This document shows positions 46,998-57,742 of a DNA stretch of 64,000 nt, in pieces (the stretch's first letter is position 1; every line of letters begins with the position of its first letter). Position numbers and translations under genes: made by a program. A model generated the notes under the pieces. It searched no databases and had not been told where the DNA came from. It saw only the letters and a program-made list of their open reading frames with translations. The stretch is from Candidatus Latescibacterota bacterium. GTDB taxonomy: Bacteria > Latescibacterota > UBA2968 > UBA8231. Location: NCBI GenBank assembly GCA_965261395.1, contig OZ253462.1, forward strand, positions 1-64,000. Reading direction: 5' to 3'.

Positions 46998-47648
46998 CTA
47001 GGGGGTGTCCAGCCGCGCCCGCAGCCAAGAGGCCAAGTCCTCTAAGCACGGCTGGGCAATCGCGTGGGGCATATCGTATTCTTTGTACAGCAAGTCCAAT
47101 CCGAGGGGAGCAAGCAAGTCTCTGGAGGCACGGGCTTGGGCGATGGGGATGACCGGATCAAAGCGCCCGTGCGACATAAAAACCTTCAGGCCCTGTACCG
47201 ACGCCGCATCCTCTGGCACCATAGCCGGACTGAACACCCCGCTCAACGCAATGACCCCGACAAAATCCCGAGGCCGCTTTAGCGCGGCCGCCAAGGCCAT
47301 GCTCGCCCCTTGGCTGAACCCCGCGATGAAGATGCGTGCGGGACGGTGCACTCGCCGCAGCGCGTCCACCAAGGACCATATCTGCGCTAGAGGTTCTTCG
47401 GCCTCGGCAAAATCAAAGCGCACTCCCTCCGCGCCGATCTCGATATTAAACCATGCAAAACCGCCGAAATCGAGCGCGTAAGGCGCGCGGGCACTGACGC
47501 AAACAAGCCGCGCATCCAAATGCGATGCCAAGCCCAGCAGATCCTCCTCATTGGCACCATAGCCGTGCAAAAGCAGGAGCAGTGGCGCACCCTCGGAGGG
47601 TATGTCGGGCGACTTGTGGGCAACGTGGTAGAGAGACGCTGTGGCCAT
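46998..47648 (-). CDS. Phospholipase/carboxylesterase
   Basis: LLHGYG, GFSQG, HGRFDPVI, MPH. Confidence 0.9.
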   Translation of the reverse strand: MATASLYHVAHKSPDIPSEGAPLLLLLHGYGANEEDLLGLASHLDARLVCVSARAPYALDFGGFAWFNIEIGAEGVRFDFAEAEEPLAQIWSLVDALRRVHRPARIFIAGFSQGASMALAAALKRPRDFVGVIALSGVFSPAMVPEDAASVQGLKVFMSHGRFDPVIPIAQARASRDLLAPLGLDLLYKEYDMPHAIAQPCLEDLASWLRARLDTP

Positions 47649-47655
47649 GTCGCCG

Positions 47656-49758
47656 CTACTTTACCGAGACCTCGTACTGCCCAGCCCGCCGCAGCACCAT
47701 CACCATCCGCTCCTCTTGGCTGATCAGTTCCTGTACGTGGAAATTCGGGTGGGCCTTCTCGTTGCGCCACACCGTCTCGCCGTTGATTTCGATTTGGGGG
47801 AAGCGCTTGTCGCAGCGGGGTACGGAGAGGTGCGTTTCACCGTCGTGCGGCACGGCAAGGCGCGCGGAAAAGCCGCCGCCATACGCCCCCCAAGCGATCT
47901 CGACCCCGCCGTGCGGCGTGGGCACGACGCCCTCGGCGCGTTCGAGCCCAGATAGCTGCGGCCGAATCTCCAAGATCCCCTCGGCCTTAGGCACAACCCC
48001 TAGCACGTGCGCCGCCAGCAAACTCTCCGGCCCGGGTTGCGCGGCCAACGACCCGGCCTTTTCACCCCACGTCCGTCCTGGGCGCGCCAGCAAGCGGCCC
48101 CATTTCCTCTGTACGTAAGCCAAGGCCGCTGCACCTGCACCCGCCCGCCACAGCGCCCCGGCGACAAAAAACGCCTGCCACAAGTCATCTTCTGACGCCG
48201 AGCCGCCGGCTAGGTGCTGCGCCACCCGCACCTGCTGTCCGGGATTAGCCAAAGCAAAGTAGAGCACCAAAGCATTCGTCCAGCGGCTGCAATCAGCGGC
48301 CCCGGCGGCATCGGCAAAAAGCCCTTGCTCTTCGCTCCAAGCGGCTTGCAAGCCCTTGCGCGCCCGGTGATGGGCGCGCTCGCAGTGGACGGCTTGCTGG
48401 CGGTCCCTCGTGCGCCGACACAAGGCCGCGACCGCTTGCCAAGCCCCGGCCTGCAGGGCGACAACAAAGGTCTCCGGCGCGTCCTCGTCTTCGGCCGTTT
48501 GTAAGCCGCTCACTAGGCTCGCTAGCCGCTCGGCAGTGGGGCGGTCGCCGCCGTAGCGCTGCGCCAGTTCGACGAACAGCGCGTGGAAACAGGCTTGTTC
48601 CCCGCCAATCGGTGCCTCGCTGCCAGCCAGCACGGCGCGCGCCGTATCTACGCTGCCGGTCGCGGACAAATCGTTCATGGCCCAAACGTAGAGCTGGACC
48701 CAGTTGAGCCGTCCCTCGCCGAGGGTGTACCCCTCTTGGCGGCTGGCGGCTAAGGTTTGCTCCCCAGTGCGCCACAGCCGCTCCCAGTCTTCGTCCACGG
48801 TTGCAAAGCGCCCGCGCGCCGCGACGGCCACGCGCCGCTCCACCAGCGAGACACTGTCTATTTCCACTTGCTCTGGGCACGATCCGATCCGCATCACTAG
48901 ATAGCGACACGTCGCCAATTCCGGCGATGTCCACTCCTGCAACCCGTCGCGGCACACATAGCGCAAGCGCGATTCCACCGCACCCACCGCACGTGCAAAA
49001 CCTAGGTCAATTACCGCTCCGGCCTGGCCCCGCAGCCGTAGATGGGGGAACCCGTGGAGCAACCGCCCGAAGTCCAAAATTAAGTACGCGGCCCGGGCTG
49101 CGTCTGTCGCTTGTACCAAGGAGTGGGTTTTACCGCCTGTCAGAAGCGCTTCCCGCCGCACGCATTTGGCGGTCTGCATGGCCTCGGGGTGGGCGACCCA
49201 TTCGAGCGCGCCATCACCATCTACCTCGCCAAAAGCCACCACCTCCCGCGCCCTCACCATGCTTTCCACCGCGGGCAAAGGCGACCAATCCCTCGGCTCG
49301 GCTCCGGCCACCACCGCGGCTTCCTGCCATCCTGCAAACCGACCCTTGGCCCACTCAGCCGGTGCCAGCACGGCTACATAGCTAGCTGCACCTTGCCAAG
49401 CATCGGCCGGCCGCACCTGCCAAGGCGTACCAGTGCACAGCACCTGCTCGGCCCCATCGCTGCGCTCAATTTTTCCCTCGGCGCGGAACCAGTCTGCTGC
49501 ACCGTGGCCTAGGGCAAAGATCAACAATACATTTTCGCCATCCCGCAGCGCAGCATCTAAAGCGAACTGCTCCCACACGGCCACTTCAGCCGCCGCTGGC
49601 CCCAATCCCCTGCCTACCCGCTCGCCATTCAAGAACACCTCGTACGGCCCACTCGCAGCGCAGCGCAGTATGCCTTTGGCTGCTGCGCCGGTCAGGTGGA
49701 ATTCGAGGCGGATGTATACGGCCAGTGCGGCCGGATGCCATATAGCTTGTGAGCGCAT
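47656..49758 (-). CDS. GH78 alpha-L-rhamnosidase-like protein (divergent)
   Basis: YEVFLNGERVG, ILDFG, RY.CRDG.Q, IRPQL..L..AEG.VPTPHG. Confidence 0.65.
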   Translation of the reverse strand: MRSQAIWHPAALAVYIRLEFHLTGAAAKGILRCAASGPYEVFLNGERVGRGLGPAAAEVAVWEQFALDAALRDGENVLLIFALGHGAADWFRAEGKIERSDGAEQVLCTGTPWQVRPADAWQGAASYVAVLAPAEWAKGRFAGWQEAAVVAGAEPRDWSPLPAVESMVRAREVVAFGEVDGDGALEWVAHPEAMQTAKCVRREALLTGGKTHSLVQATDAARAAYLILDFGRLLHGFPHLRLRGQAGAVIDLGFARAVGAVESRLRYVCRDGLQEWTSPELATCRYLVMRIGSCPEQVEIDSVSLVERRVAVAARGRFATVDEDWERLWRTGEQTLAASRQEGYTLGEGRLNWVQLYVWAMNDLSATGSVDTARAVLAGSEAPIGGEQACFHALFVELAQRYGGDRPTAERLASLVSGLQTAEDEDAPETFVVALQAGAWQAVAALCRRTRDRQQAVHCERAHHRARKGLQAAWSEEQGLFADAAGAADCSRWTNALVLYFALANPGQQVRVAQHLAGGSASEDDLWQAFFVAGALWRAGAGAAALAYVQRKWGRLLARPGRTWGEKAGSLAAQPGPESLLAAHVLGVVPKAEGILEIRPQLSGLERAEGVVPTPHGGVEIAWGAYGGGFSARLAVPHDGETHLSVPRCDKRFPQIEINGETVWRNEKAHPNFHVQELISQEERMVMVLRRAGQYEVSVK

Positions 49759-49760
49759 AC

Positions 49761-51146
49761 TCAATTTACGGGCATCCGCATTCCCACCAACCGCGTCCCC
49801 CCCTGTCGACCGTCCTGCCAACGCACCCGCATCATAAACGCATCCCCTGGTTCAATTTCCGCCAACGCATCCTCAAAATCACCCACCGTTTCTACTGGTT
49901 TGGAGTTGATCTCCTGAATGAGCATCCATCGACTCAAACCACGCCGTGATGCCTCGCTGCCGCGCTCCACGCGTGTGACCACAACTCCGTTCTCGTCTTC
50001 GTATCTTAGCCGCCGCGCTAGCGCATCGGTCAGTTCCTGTACCTTCAGGCCCAGCACCTCTTGTTCTGCGTCTGCGCCATCGCGGGAGCGGCTGGCGGCC
50101 AGCGCTCCCTCAGTCCGCAGCGCTAGCTCGACTTTAATGCGTTTCTCTTTGCCATCGCGCAACACCAGTAACTCGATTTCGGTCCCCGGTGCCGTGCGCC
50201 CAATCCGGTCGCGAAGTTCGGTTGAGTTGCGCATGGGTTGGCCATCAATAGCAAGTACTACATCGTCAACTTTGACGCCCGCTTTGTCCGCTGCTCCCCC
50301 CGGCGTCACTACATCGATCACCACGCCATGATTGCGGTCCAGCCCCATTGTCTCAGCCACTAGCGGTTCCAAGTCGTCGATAATCACGCCGAGCAAGCCA
50401 CGCCGCACCTCCCCGTGCTCAACCAACTGCGCGACCACGTCCTTGACCAAGTTGATCGGAATGGCAAAGCCAAGACCTATATTGCCGCCGCTGCGACTGA
50501 CGATGGCCGTGTTGATCCCGATCAACTCGCCGCGCAGGTTGACCAGCGCACCGCCGCTGTTGCCAGGATTGATCGCCGCGTCGGTCTGGATAAAAGAGCC
50601 GTACTCGCCAAAGAAGCGTCCCCGCCCCAAGGCACTGATGATGCCAGTCGTTACGGAATGGGCAAATCTCATGGGGTTTCCTATGGCCAGCACCCATTCG
50701 CCCTCCCGGAGCTGGTCCGAATCACCCATTGCGACCGTCGGCAAATCCTCGGCGGCGACCTTGAGCACGGCAATATCGCTCAGGGGATCGCGGCCGACGA
50801 TCTCGGCTTCAAAGAAGCGCGAATCCGTCATCTCGACGCGGATATTGTCGGCGTGGCGAATCACGTGGTTGTTGGTGAGGATGTACTGATTGCCGCTGAA
50901 GTTGATGATTACTCCCGAGCCTTGGCCATCGCGTTCGCGTGGCTGGTCAGGCTCCCCCCAAGGGGCGCGCCCCTCGACATTGATTGTGCCTTCCGTAGTG
51001 ATCTTTACGACGCTGGGCTTGACCTGTGCAGCGACTTCGGCGAAGCCGTCGCTCATCTGGCGCAGGAGCTCCATATTCTCGCTAGCTCGGGCACTGCCAG
51101 CCACGGTGAGGCTTAAAATGATCAGGGAAATGCAAAACTTCCGCAT
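49761..51146 (-). CDS. Do/DegP-family serine endoprotease with two PDZ domains
   Basis: TNNHV, DIAVLK, INPGNSGG. Confidence 0.93.
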   Translation of the reverse strand: MRKFCISLIILSLTVAGSARASENMELLRQMSDGFAEVAAQVKPSVVKITTEGTINVEGRAPWGEPDQPRERDGQGSGVIINFSGNQYILTNNHVIRHADNIRVEMTDSRFFEAEIVGRDPLSDIAVLKVAAEDLPTVAMGDSDQLREGEWVLAIGNPMRFAHSVTTGIISALGRGRFFGEYGSFIQTDAAINPGNSGGALVNLRGELIGINTAIVSRSGGNIGLGFAIPINLVKDVVAQLVEHGEVRRGLLGVIIDDLEPLVAETMGLDRNHGVVIDVVTPGGAADKAGVKVDDVVLAIDGQPMRNSTELRDRIGRTAPGTEIELLVLRDGKEKRIKVELALRTEGALAASRSRDGADAEQEVLGLKVQELTDALARRLRYEDENGVVVTRVERGSEASRRGLSRWMLIQEINSKPVETVGDFEDALAEIEPGDAFMMRVRWQDGRQGGTRLVGMRMPVN

Positions 51147-51350
51147 GGGTATTTCCTCTCTGAAAAAGGATTGAAAGTACGGATAATTTTCAATGTTCAC
51201 AAAAAAAGACGACAATCGCTAGCGCGCGGTTCCCGCTTTAGCAGCTATCTGGAAATTTCGCTATGACCCGAGTGCGAGCGCTTATACTCCGACTTTAGGC
51301 GGTGCAATCTCGGTTCCCTCTCAGAAGTCGGCTTTGCCTGTCCGAATGAT

Positions 51351-51366
51351 TGCAAATAGCGTACCA
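51351..51366 (-). promoter_or_regulatory. Sigma54 (-24/-12) promoter-like motif upstream of degP
   Basis: Minus strand TGGTACG-CTAT-TTGCA vs consensus TGGCACG-N4-TTGCW. Confidence 0.55.
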
Positions 51367-51461
51367 TCGCCGATCATGCCTCTTTTTGACACATTTTGCC
51401 CGTCTAATGAGACATCGTGGGACTCAAGAGGTTGGAATGGGCAAAAAAGACCGAGGAGCCG

Positions 51462-52904
51462 TCAGACGAGACTCAGGCGAAAGAACAGCACGGAAATGGC
51501 GGTGCCCTTAGCTATCCTCGGGAAGATGCCGCCGCGCGTGGCGAGGCTGGTCTCTAAGAAGTGGACCTGCACAGACGACAGCACAAACGGGCCGAAGGCA
51601 AAACCGATCGCCGAGCTGCTGCTCCGCCCGCCCAGCGACAAGCCCATGCGGGCCGGCAACCAGTCCGCCAGCCAGTACTCGACTCCGCCGGCCAGCCGCG
51701 GCCGAGTCCGCATCCCAAACTTAGAACTGAACGCCTGGTCCCAATTGCCAACCACCGTTAGCTGGGGCGTGGCCTGATAGGCTACCCCGAGCCGCAGCAT
51801 GGCCGGCAGCGAGCGCGAGAACGGCTTTTGGCCGATTTGCTTGGTGAAGTCTGGGTCGCCGTCGCCGTCGAAATCCGGGTTGTCGAATACTTCCTCAATG
51901 GACCGCGAGTCCGCGTCCAAGAAGCGGGAGATGCGCAATTCGTTGGCCGAGAGAAAAATGGAATCTTGGCGCGCTCCCCTGCTCCAAGAGAAGGTGTCGA
52001 GCAGGTTGAGCACACTGAAGCTGAAGGTCGTCTGGCGGCTTTTACTCCGGCCAGCAATGCCAACATCGAGGCCAATGCCGAGGCCCATTTTAGCGTGCTG
52101 GGCAATCAGCCAAGCGTCCGCCTCGGCACCGCCGACGTGCGCCACGAGCCCGGTGCCGCCAGATTCGATGATTTCTCCATAGCTGCCCATCGAGAGCTTG
52201 AGCGTACTGCCAACTGTGAACTCGCTTAGATAGGGGGCGAGACGAACTGGCAGTGCGGGCCTCGCCGCGGCGACATTGAGCGTGCCCACGGCCCATCCCG
52301 ATCCATTCCAGTCGCTGATGTCGTACCCTTCGCTCTTGCCGGCGGCCAAGCGGTCCTCTGCAAACTCGTTGCCAAAAAAGAAAAATTCTAATACGTCCTT
52401 GGGAATTTCGCTCTCGACCCCGCTGGTAAACCCCACGGCAATGGCCGAGCGCACTTGTCCGATGGCAAAGGCCACGCCCCCGTTGAGCGGGAGGCCTGCG
52501 ACGACCGTCGGCTCGATATCCCCGTTTATGCGCAATCCCGCGTCTGGGATGTCGGCTAACAGTTTCTTTTTTCTGACCGGGCTGATGTAGTACGGGCGGC
52601 CGTTGGGGGATACGCTATCGTTGGCGTCCGTGAAGTGGGCGTTGTACGCGGCAACCGACAAACTGTTGTTTTCGGCAACCAAGCAAAGGCCCGCGCCGAG
52701 CAAGTCCCAGGAGAACTTGCGGCTGTCCGTAAGCGCTAAGTTCGCCGGGTTCCAGAAGACGGCTTCCGGCCCCCGAGCTAGGGCGGTATAGGCTTGTCCC
52801 AGCGCCATGGCCCGGGGGCTGGCGTCGCCGGGAACGGCGGCCACCGGCCCGTAGACCCCGGCGACGAGCAGGGCCGTTAGAACGATTAATCCCTTGCCTT
52901 GCAC
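51462..52904 (-). CDS. Outer-membrane beta-barrel (FadL/PorV-like superfamily)
   Basis: Signal peptide; RAMALGQAYTALARGPEAVFWNPANL; LPAMLRLGVAY; GVEY..LPARMG. Confidence 0.65.
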   Translation of the reverse strand: MQGKGLIVLTALLVAGVYGPVAAVPGDASPRAMALGQAYTALARGPEAVFWNPANLALTDSRKFSWDLLGAGLCLVAENNSLSVAAYNAHFTDANDSVSPNGRPYYISPVRKKKLLADIPDAGLRINGDIEPTVVAGLPLNGGVAFAIGQVRSAIAVGFTSGVESEIPKDVLEFFFFGNEFAEDRLAAGKSEGYDISDWNGSGWAVGTLNVAAARPALPVRLAPYLSEFTVGSTLKLSMGSYGEIIESGGTGLVAHVGGAEADAWLIAQHAKMGLGIGLDVGIAGRSKSRQTTFSFSVLNLLDTFSWSRGARQDSIFLSANELRISRFLDADSRSIEEVFDNPDFDGDGDPDFTKQIGQKPFSRSLPAMLRLGVAYQATPQLTVVGNWDQAFSSKFGMRTRPRLAGGVEYWLADWLPARMGLSLGGRSSSSAIGFAFGPFVLSSVQVHFLETSLATRGGIFPRIAKGTAISVLFFRLSLV

Positions 52905-52911
52905 CTGTACC

Positions 52912-54483
52912 CTACTCGATCAAGTCCTCGTTGAATTCCATGAAAATCACCGCTCCAGCCTCCACGGCGATGAAGTCGCTCCCCCGCATCACTACCTCGC
53001 GCGACGTCTTTTCCAACTCGACCAATATACCCGTATAGACACCGTCCTCCTGCAGAAAGACCTCTACCTCTTCGTCCGAGAGCGCGATCCGTTGGTGGCT
53101 GAATGCACTTGCTACAACCTGCCCTGCGGGGCCGACATCGCCGGCACCCACCACAAAGGAACCCTGCTTGGGAATCCGCAAATAGCCGTTGGCCTCGCTG
53201 TCGGCGAATAGGTCTTCGCTGCCGTACACATCTTCGGCCCTCGGTGAGACCCACAGGCTGACGCGGATCGCGGTGGGCAGGTGATTTTCAATCGTGGTAA
53301 CTACGGCGGCACTGTCGAGACCCGAGTGGATGCGGCGGCGGGCATCGTCGTCCTGTAGGCGGCGGAAGATCGGGTCGAACTCGATGCGGGTGTCTTCTTC
53401 TATTTGAAAATGGCCCTGCGTGGCAAAGCGCACCTGGTCGATCTGCACCCAATGACTGGAGTCAATCACCTCCACGGACTCGCCGTCGCCGATGCGCACA
53501 GTCGGCGCGACCGCGACTTCAGTCGGCAGCAGGTTGAGAAACTCGGTCAGCTCTGCGGAGGCCAGCGACAAGGTGAGTGCTACCGGGTGGTCTGGGTCGC
53601 CGCGCTGGAACATTGTGGAAATCATCAGGGAACCCTGCTCACCGTGACTGTTAGTACCTTCGATCTGGAGGTCAATGCGGCTGCGGAAACCAACGCCCGA
53701 CGTCAAGCCGACTTCTAGGGCAACCGAGTTGAAGGCGATCTGGTCTAAGCCCGCGGGAAAATTGATCATGCGGGCGACCGGTGCGACCGGCAGCAGGACC
53801 TCGTCGAGCACTCCCTCGACGCGGCTGAAGAGCAAACTCTCGGTCTCCGCTTCTAGCAGCAGTTCGTCGGTGGCGACAGCCTCGGCCAACTCGCCCTGCA
53901 CTCGGTATGAAAACCGCAATTCGAGGGGGTTCTGCGGGGCAAATTCGCTGCCGGCCAAGTCAAAGAGCACCACTTTGCTCTCGTTGGGGGCAAGCGCGTC
54001 GATGAGGAAGGCATGGGGCGTGCCGTCCGGCCTTGTGACATCGTCCAAGACCAGCTCGACCTGCAAAGGGATCGCGGTCTGGTTGGTCGCCTTGATAGTC
54101 AGACCGCCCTCGGCGATGACTGCGTGCGCAATTTGGATGCGGTCGTCGGCAAAGGCGAGGACCTCGGTCTTGGCAATGGCATCGTCAGCCGGCCCAATCG
54201 GCACTGCCAAGGCCGTGGAGACGAGCGCGACGCGAAGGCGGTCGCCGACTTCCTCGCGGTGGTTGAAGTCCGCGGTAAAATCTACCGCCAGCAGGCCCTC
54301 GTCGTCGATCTTCAGGAAGTCGGCGCGCTCGGCGGCCAAGTCCTGCACCGTCGTCCGATCGTCGGCGACCGGGATGCTGATCTGGAAATTGGTGCTGGGA
54401 ATTTGGGGGGGGGTTACCGCACAGCCCGTCAACGCTCCGGCTCCTAGGAGCGCACTCAACCATCGGCACGGTACGGCAATCAT
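52912..54483 (-). CDS. Hypothetical beta-rich lipoprotein
   Basis: Lipobox LTG-C; coupled to the downstream barrel gene. Confidence 0.65.
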   Translation of the reverse strand: MIAVPCRWLSALLGAGALTGCAVTPPQIPSTNFQISIPVADDRTTVQDLAAERADFLKIDDEGLLAVDFTADFNHREEVGDRLRVALVSTALAVPIGPADDAIAKTEVLAFADDRIQIAHAVIAEGGLTIKATNQTAIPLQVELVLDDVTRPDGTPHAFLIDALAPNESKVVLFDLAGSEFAPQNPLELRFSYRVQGELAEAVATDELLLEAETESLLFSRVEGVLDEVLLPVAPVARMINFPAGLDQIAFNSVALEVGLTSGVGFRSRIDLQIEGTNSHGEQGSLMISTMFQRGDPDHPVALTLSLASAELTEFLNLLPTEVAVAPTVRIGDGESVEVIDSSHWVQIDQVRFATQGHFQIEEDTRIEFDPIFRRLQDDDARRRIHSGLDSAAVVTTIENHLPTAIRVSLWVSPRAEDVYGSEDLFADSEANGYLRIPKQGSFVVGAGDVGPAGQVVASAFSHQRIALSDEEVEVFLQEDGVYTGILVELEKTSREVVMRGSDFIAVEAGAVIFMEFNEDLIE

Positions 54484-54502
54484 CGGCTAGCCGCTCAAGG
54501 CT

Positions 54503-55669
54503 CTATTTGATCCCCACGGCCTGGCGCAGCGGCTCAACCTTGTCGGGCCGTTCCCAGACGAACTCCGGCTCCTCGCGTCCAAAATGGCCGTAGTTGGTGG
54601 TTTTCCGGTAGATGGGTCGCCTCAGTTGTAGGGCCTCAATGATGCCTCTCGGGGTTAGGTGAAAGACCTTTTCCACGGCCGCGGCAATCTTCTCGTCGGG
54701 CGCGACGCCGGTGCCAAAGGTATCGACCCGCACGGATACGGGTGCGGCCACGCCAATGGCATAGGCTAGTTGTACTTGGCAGCGGGCGGCCAAGCGAGCG
54801 GCCACCACGTTCTTGGCCACGTAGCGCGCCATGTAGTGGGCACTGCGGTCCACCTTGCTGGGGTCCTTGCCGGAAAAGGCACCCCCGCCGTGAGGGCACG
54901 CGCCCCCGTAGGTGTCGACGATAATCTTGCGGCCGGTCAATCCGCAGTCGCCGTGCGGCCCGCCGATGACAAAGCGACCCGTGGGGTTGACGTGGTATTG
55001 GGTGCCTACGTCGAGCAGGTGAGCGGGAATTACTTCTTTTATGACCTGTTCAATCATGTCTTTTTCGATCTGCGCGTGACTGGCCTCGGGAGCGTGTTGG
55101 GTCGAGAGGACCACGGCCCCTACCCGCACGGGCTGACCGTCGTCGTACTCGACGCTGACCTGAGACTTGGCGTCCGGGCGCAGATAGGGAATTTTCTCGT
55201 CCTTGCGCAGCCGCGTCAGGTGCTGCATCAGCGCGTGCGCGAGGGTAATGGGCAGCGGCATGAGCTGGGGGGTTTCGCGACAGGCATAGCCAAACATCAT
55301 GCCTTGGTCGCCAGCGCCCTCTTCCTTGTGCAGCCCCTCGCCTGCGTTGACGCCTTGGGCTATATCGGGTGATTGCTGGTCCAAGGCCACGAGAATAGCG
55401 CACGAGCTAAAGTCAAAGCCCTGTTCGGGATCGCAATAGCCAATATCGGCGATGACCTGCCTGGCGAGGGCCTCGATGTCTAGGCGAGCCTCGCTTTTAA
55501 CCTCGCCGGCGACGACGACCCGGCCGGTGGTAACGAGGGTCTCGCAGGCAACTCGTGCGTTGGAGTCCTCGGCGAGCATGGCGTCGAGCACGGCGTCGGA
55601 AATCTGGTCGGCGACTTTGTCGGGGTGCCCCTCGGACACGGACTCGGAAGTAAACATGTATTTAGACAT
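54503..55669 (-). CDS. metK: S-adenosylmethionine synthetase
   Basis: [28 protein letters not shown]. Confidence 0.98.
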   Translation of the reverse strand: MSKYMFTSESVSEGHPDKVADQISDAVLDAMLAEDSNARVACETLVTTGRVVVAGEVKSEARLDIEALARQVIADIGYCDPEQGFDFSSCAILVALDQQSPDIAQGVNAGEGLHKEEGAGDQGMMFGYACRETPQLMPLPITLAHALMQHLTRLRKDEKIPYLRPDAKSQVSVEYDDGQPVRVGAVVLSTQHAPEASHAQIEKDMIEQVIKEVIPAHLLDVGTQYHVNPTGRFVIGGPHGDCGLTGRKIIVDTYGGACPHGGGAFSGKDPSKVDRSAHYMARYVAKNVVAARLAARCQVQLAYAIGVAAPVSVRVDTFGTGVAPDEKIAAAVEKVFHLTPRGIIEALQLRRPIYRKTTNYGHFGREEPEFVWERPDKVEPLRQAVGIK

Positions 55670-55688
55670 AGTGTATTCTCAAGCTCCT

Positions 55689-57455
55689 TCAGTGATGCCT
55701 CTGACGCCAGAAGGGTACGTATTCGCCGATGGCATCCTCCAAATGCCGCCGCACCTCAGCACCAGTGTCCATGGCCAAGCATTCGCTGGCGATCTGCTGT
55801 GCCTTTTCAGCGCGGATGGCGCGAATGACCTCCTTGACTTCCGGGATGAGCCCGGGGCTTAGGCTCAGACAATCCAGCCCGAGCCCGATCAAGAGCGTCG
55901 TGGCCAAAGGGTCGCCAGCCATCTCGCCGCAGATGCTCACGGGCGTGTTGGTGCGCTGGCCGCTGTCGGCGACCATCTTGATCAAGCGCAGGACCGCCGG
56001 GTGAAACGGGTCGTAGAGCCAAGCCACTTTGCTCATGCCGCGATCCACGGCCAACGCGTACTGGGTTAGGTCGTTGGTGCCGAGGCTAAAAAAATCTACT
56101 TCGTCAGCAAAGCGATCGGCCATCAAGGCCACGGACGGGACTTCGACCATAATGCCCAGCTTGCAATGCTCAGCAAAGGGTCGCCCCGCTGCCCGCAGTT
56201 CGTCTTTGGTTTCCTCCAGTAGCACCCGAATACGCCGCAGTTCGTTCAGGCTAGATATCATCGGCAATAAGATCTGCGCCTCGCCGTGTACTCCGGCCCT
56301 GAGCAGGGCGCGTAGTTGCGTCTTGAACAGGTCTGGGGTATCGAGGCAAATGCGGATGCCGCGCCACCCCAAGAAGGGATTGGCCTCGGGCGGCACCTCC
56401 AAGACGTGGGACAGCTTGTCGCCGCCCAAGTCCATGGTGCGAATCACCACCGGATGCGGGACCAGCGATTCGACGAGGGCAGAATAGACCTTGAACTGCT
56501 CCTCCTCGGAGGGCAAGCGGTAGTTGAGATACAGGAACTCGGTGCGGTACATGCCCACGCCGCAGGCACCGTGGTCGAGCGCCGCTTGCACTTCAGTATG
56601 CACATCGACATTGGCCATCAATGCGATTTCCTGCCCGTCTCGGGTAACGGCGGGCAGGTTGCGACGCCGCTCTAGGTCGCGCTCGCGCCGCAGCTGACGC
56701 CGGCGACGCGCCCGATAGCGCCGCTCGCCGAGGGCATCGGGCCGCAGGTGGACCTGGCCTTCGTTGCCATCGACGACCACCAAGTCGCCGTCTGCCACTT
56801 GCCGCGAACAATCGCCGGTACCAACGACCGTGGGTAGCTGCAACGAGCGGGCGATGATGGCCGTATGTGAAGCCGCGCCGCCAGCATCGAGCACCACGCC
56901 TTTGATCCGGCGGCGCTCTAGGCGCACCATCTCCGAGGGCAGCAAGTCGTGGGCTAGGACAATCGTGTTGGCGCGCAGCGAATCGAGCGCTTTGACCTCG
57001 CCTCCCGCCAACCGCATCAACACCTGATTTTCGATATCCGCGACGTCGCTTATCCGCGCCCGCAGGTATTCGTTTTCAATGTTGCCGAAGGCCTCCTTGA
57101 CTCTCTCCAACTCTTGGGCGTACGCCCGCTCGGCTGAATAGTTCTTGCCGAGGATCAACGCCTCGGTGCGCTCTATGATGGATGGATCTTCTAGCATGGC
57201 TAGCTGGGCGTCGAATATCTGCGCCAGCTCCTCTCCCTGCTCGCTGGCGACCCAGCGGCGAATGCGCCGAATCTCGTCCCCGGCCTGGTGGAGTATGTTG
57301 CGGAAACGCTCGACCTCCGCCCCAACCAAGTGCTGCGCCACGCGTCGGCGGGTGATGACCGGGGCCCGCTTGTGATATGCGAAAGCCCGACCAATGCCAA
57401 TGCCGGGGGAGACGCATATCCCATCGAAAACCCTATGTGCGCTGGTCGTGGTCAA
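55689..57455 (-). CDS. ptsI: PEP-protein phosphotransferase (PTS enzyme I)
   Basis: SHTAIIARS, RTEFLY, EANPFLGWRGIR, GTNDLTQY, ICGEMAG. Confidence 0.95.
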   Translation of the reverse strand: MTTTSAHRVFDGICVSPGIGIGRAFAYHKRAPVITRRRVAQHLVGAEVERFRNILHQAGDEIRRIRRWVASEQGEELAQIFDAQLAMLEDPSIIERTEALILGKNYSAERAYAQELERVKEAFGNIENEYLRARISDVADIENQVLMRLAGGEVKALDSLRANTIVLAHDLLPSEMVRLERRRIKGVVLDAGGAASHTAIIARSLQLPTVVGTGDCSRQVADGDLVVVDGNEGQVHLRPDALGERRYRARRRRQLRRERDLERRRNLPAVTRDGQEIALMANVDVHTEVQAALDHGACGVGMYRTEFLYLNYRLPSEEEQFKVYSALVESLVPHPVVIRTMDLGGDKLSHVLEVPPEANPFLGWRGIRICLDTPDLFKTQLRALLRAGVHGEAQILLPMISSLNELRRIRVLLEETKDELRAAGRPFAEHCKLGIMVEVPSVALMADRFADEVDFFSLGTNDLTQYALAVDRGMSKVAWLYDPFHPAVLRLIKMVADSGQRTNTPVSICGEMAGDPLATTLLIGLGLDCLSLSPGLIPEVKEVIRAIRAEKAQQIASECLAMDTGAEVRRHLEDAIGEYVPFWRQRHH

Positions 57456-57724
57456 GTTTGCCCCTCGAATGTGCTCTCCAGCAGGGAGACCATGGCCTCG
57501 ATGGCCGCGTCCTCGTCCTCGCCCTCGGCCCGGACGGCGACTTGGGCACCTTGCTCGGCGGCCAGCATCATCACGCCCATGATGCTTTTGCCGTTGACCC
57601 CATCGACGTCGCCTTTGGAGAGATGAATGTCGGCCTTGAATTGGGCCGCAGTCTGCACCAAGAGCGCGGCTGGACGAGCGTGAATACCCAGCGGATTGTT
57701 GATCGTGGCCGTCTTTTCAACCAT
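57452..57724 (-). CDS. ptsH: Phosphocarrier protein HPr
   Basis: GIHARPA, NGKSIMG. Confidence 0.95.
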   Translation of the reverse strand: MVEKTATINNPLGIHARPAALLVQTAAQFKADIHLSKGDVDGVNGKSIMGVMMLAAEQGAQVAVRAEGEDEDAAIEAMVSLLESTFEGQT

Positions 57725-57742
57725 GGCCCATTGCTACTCCTG

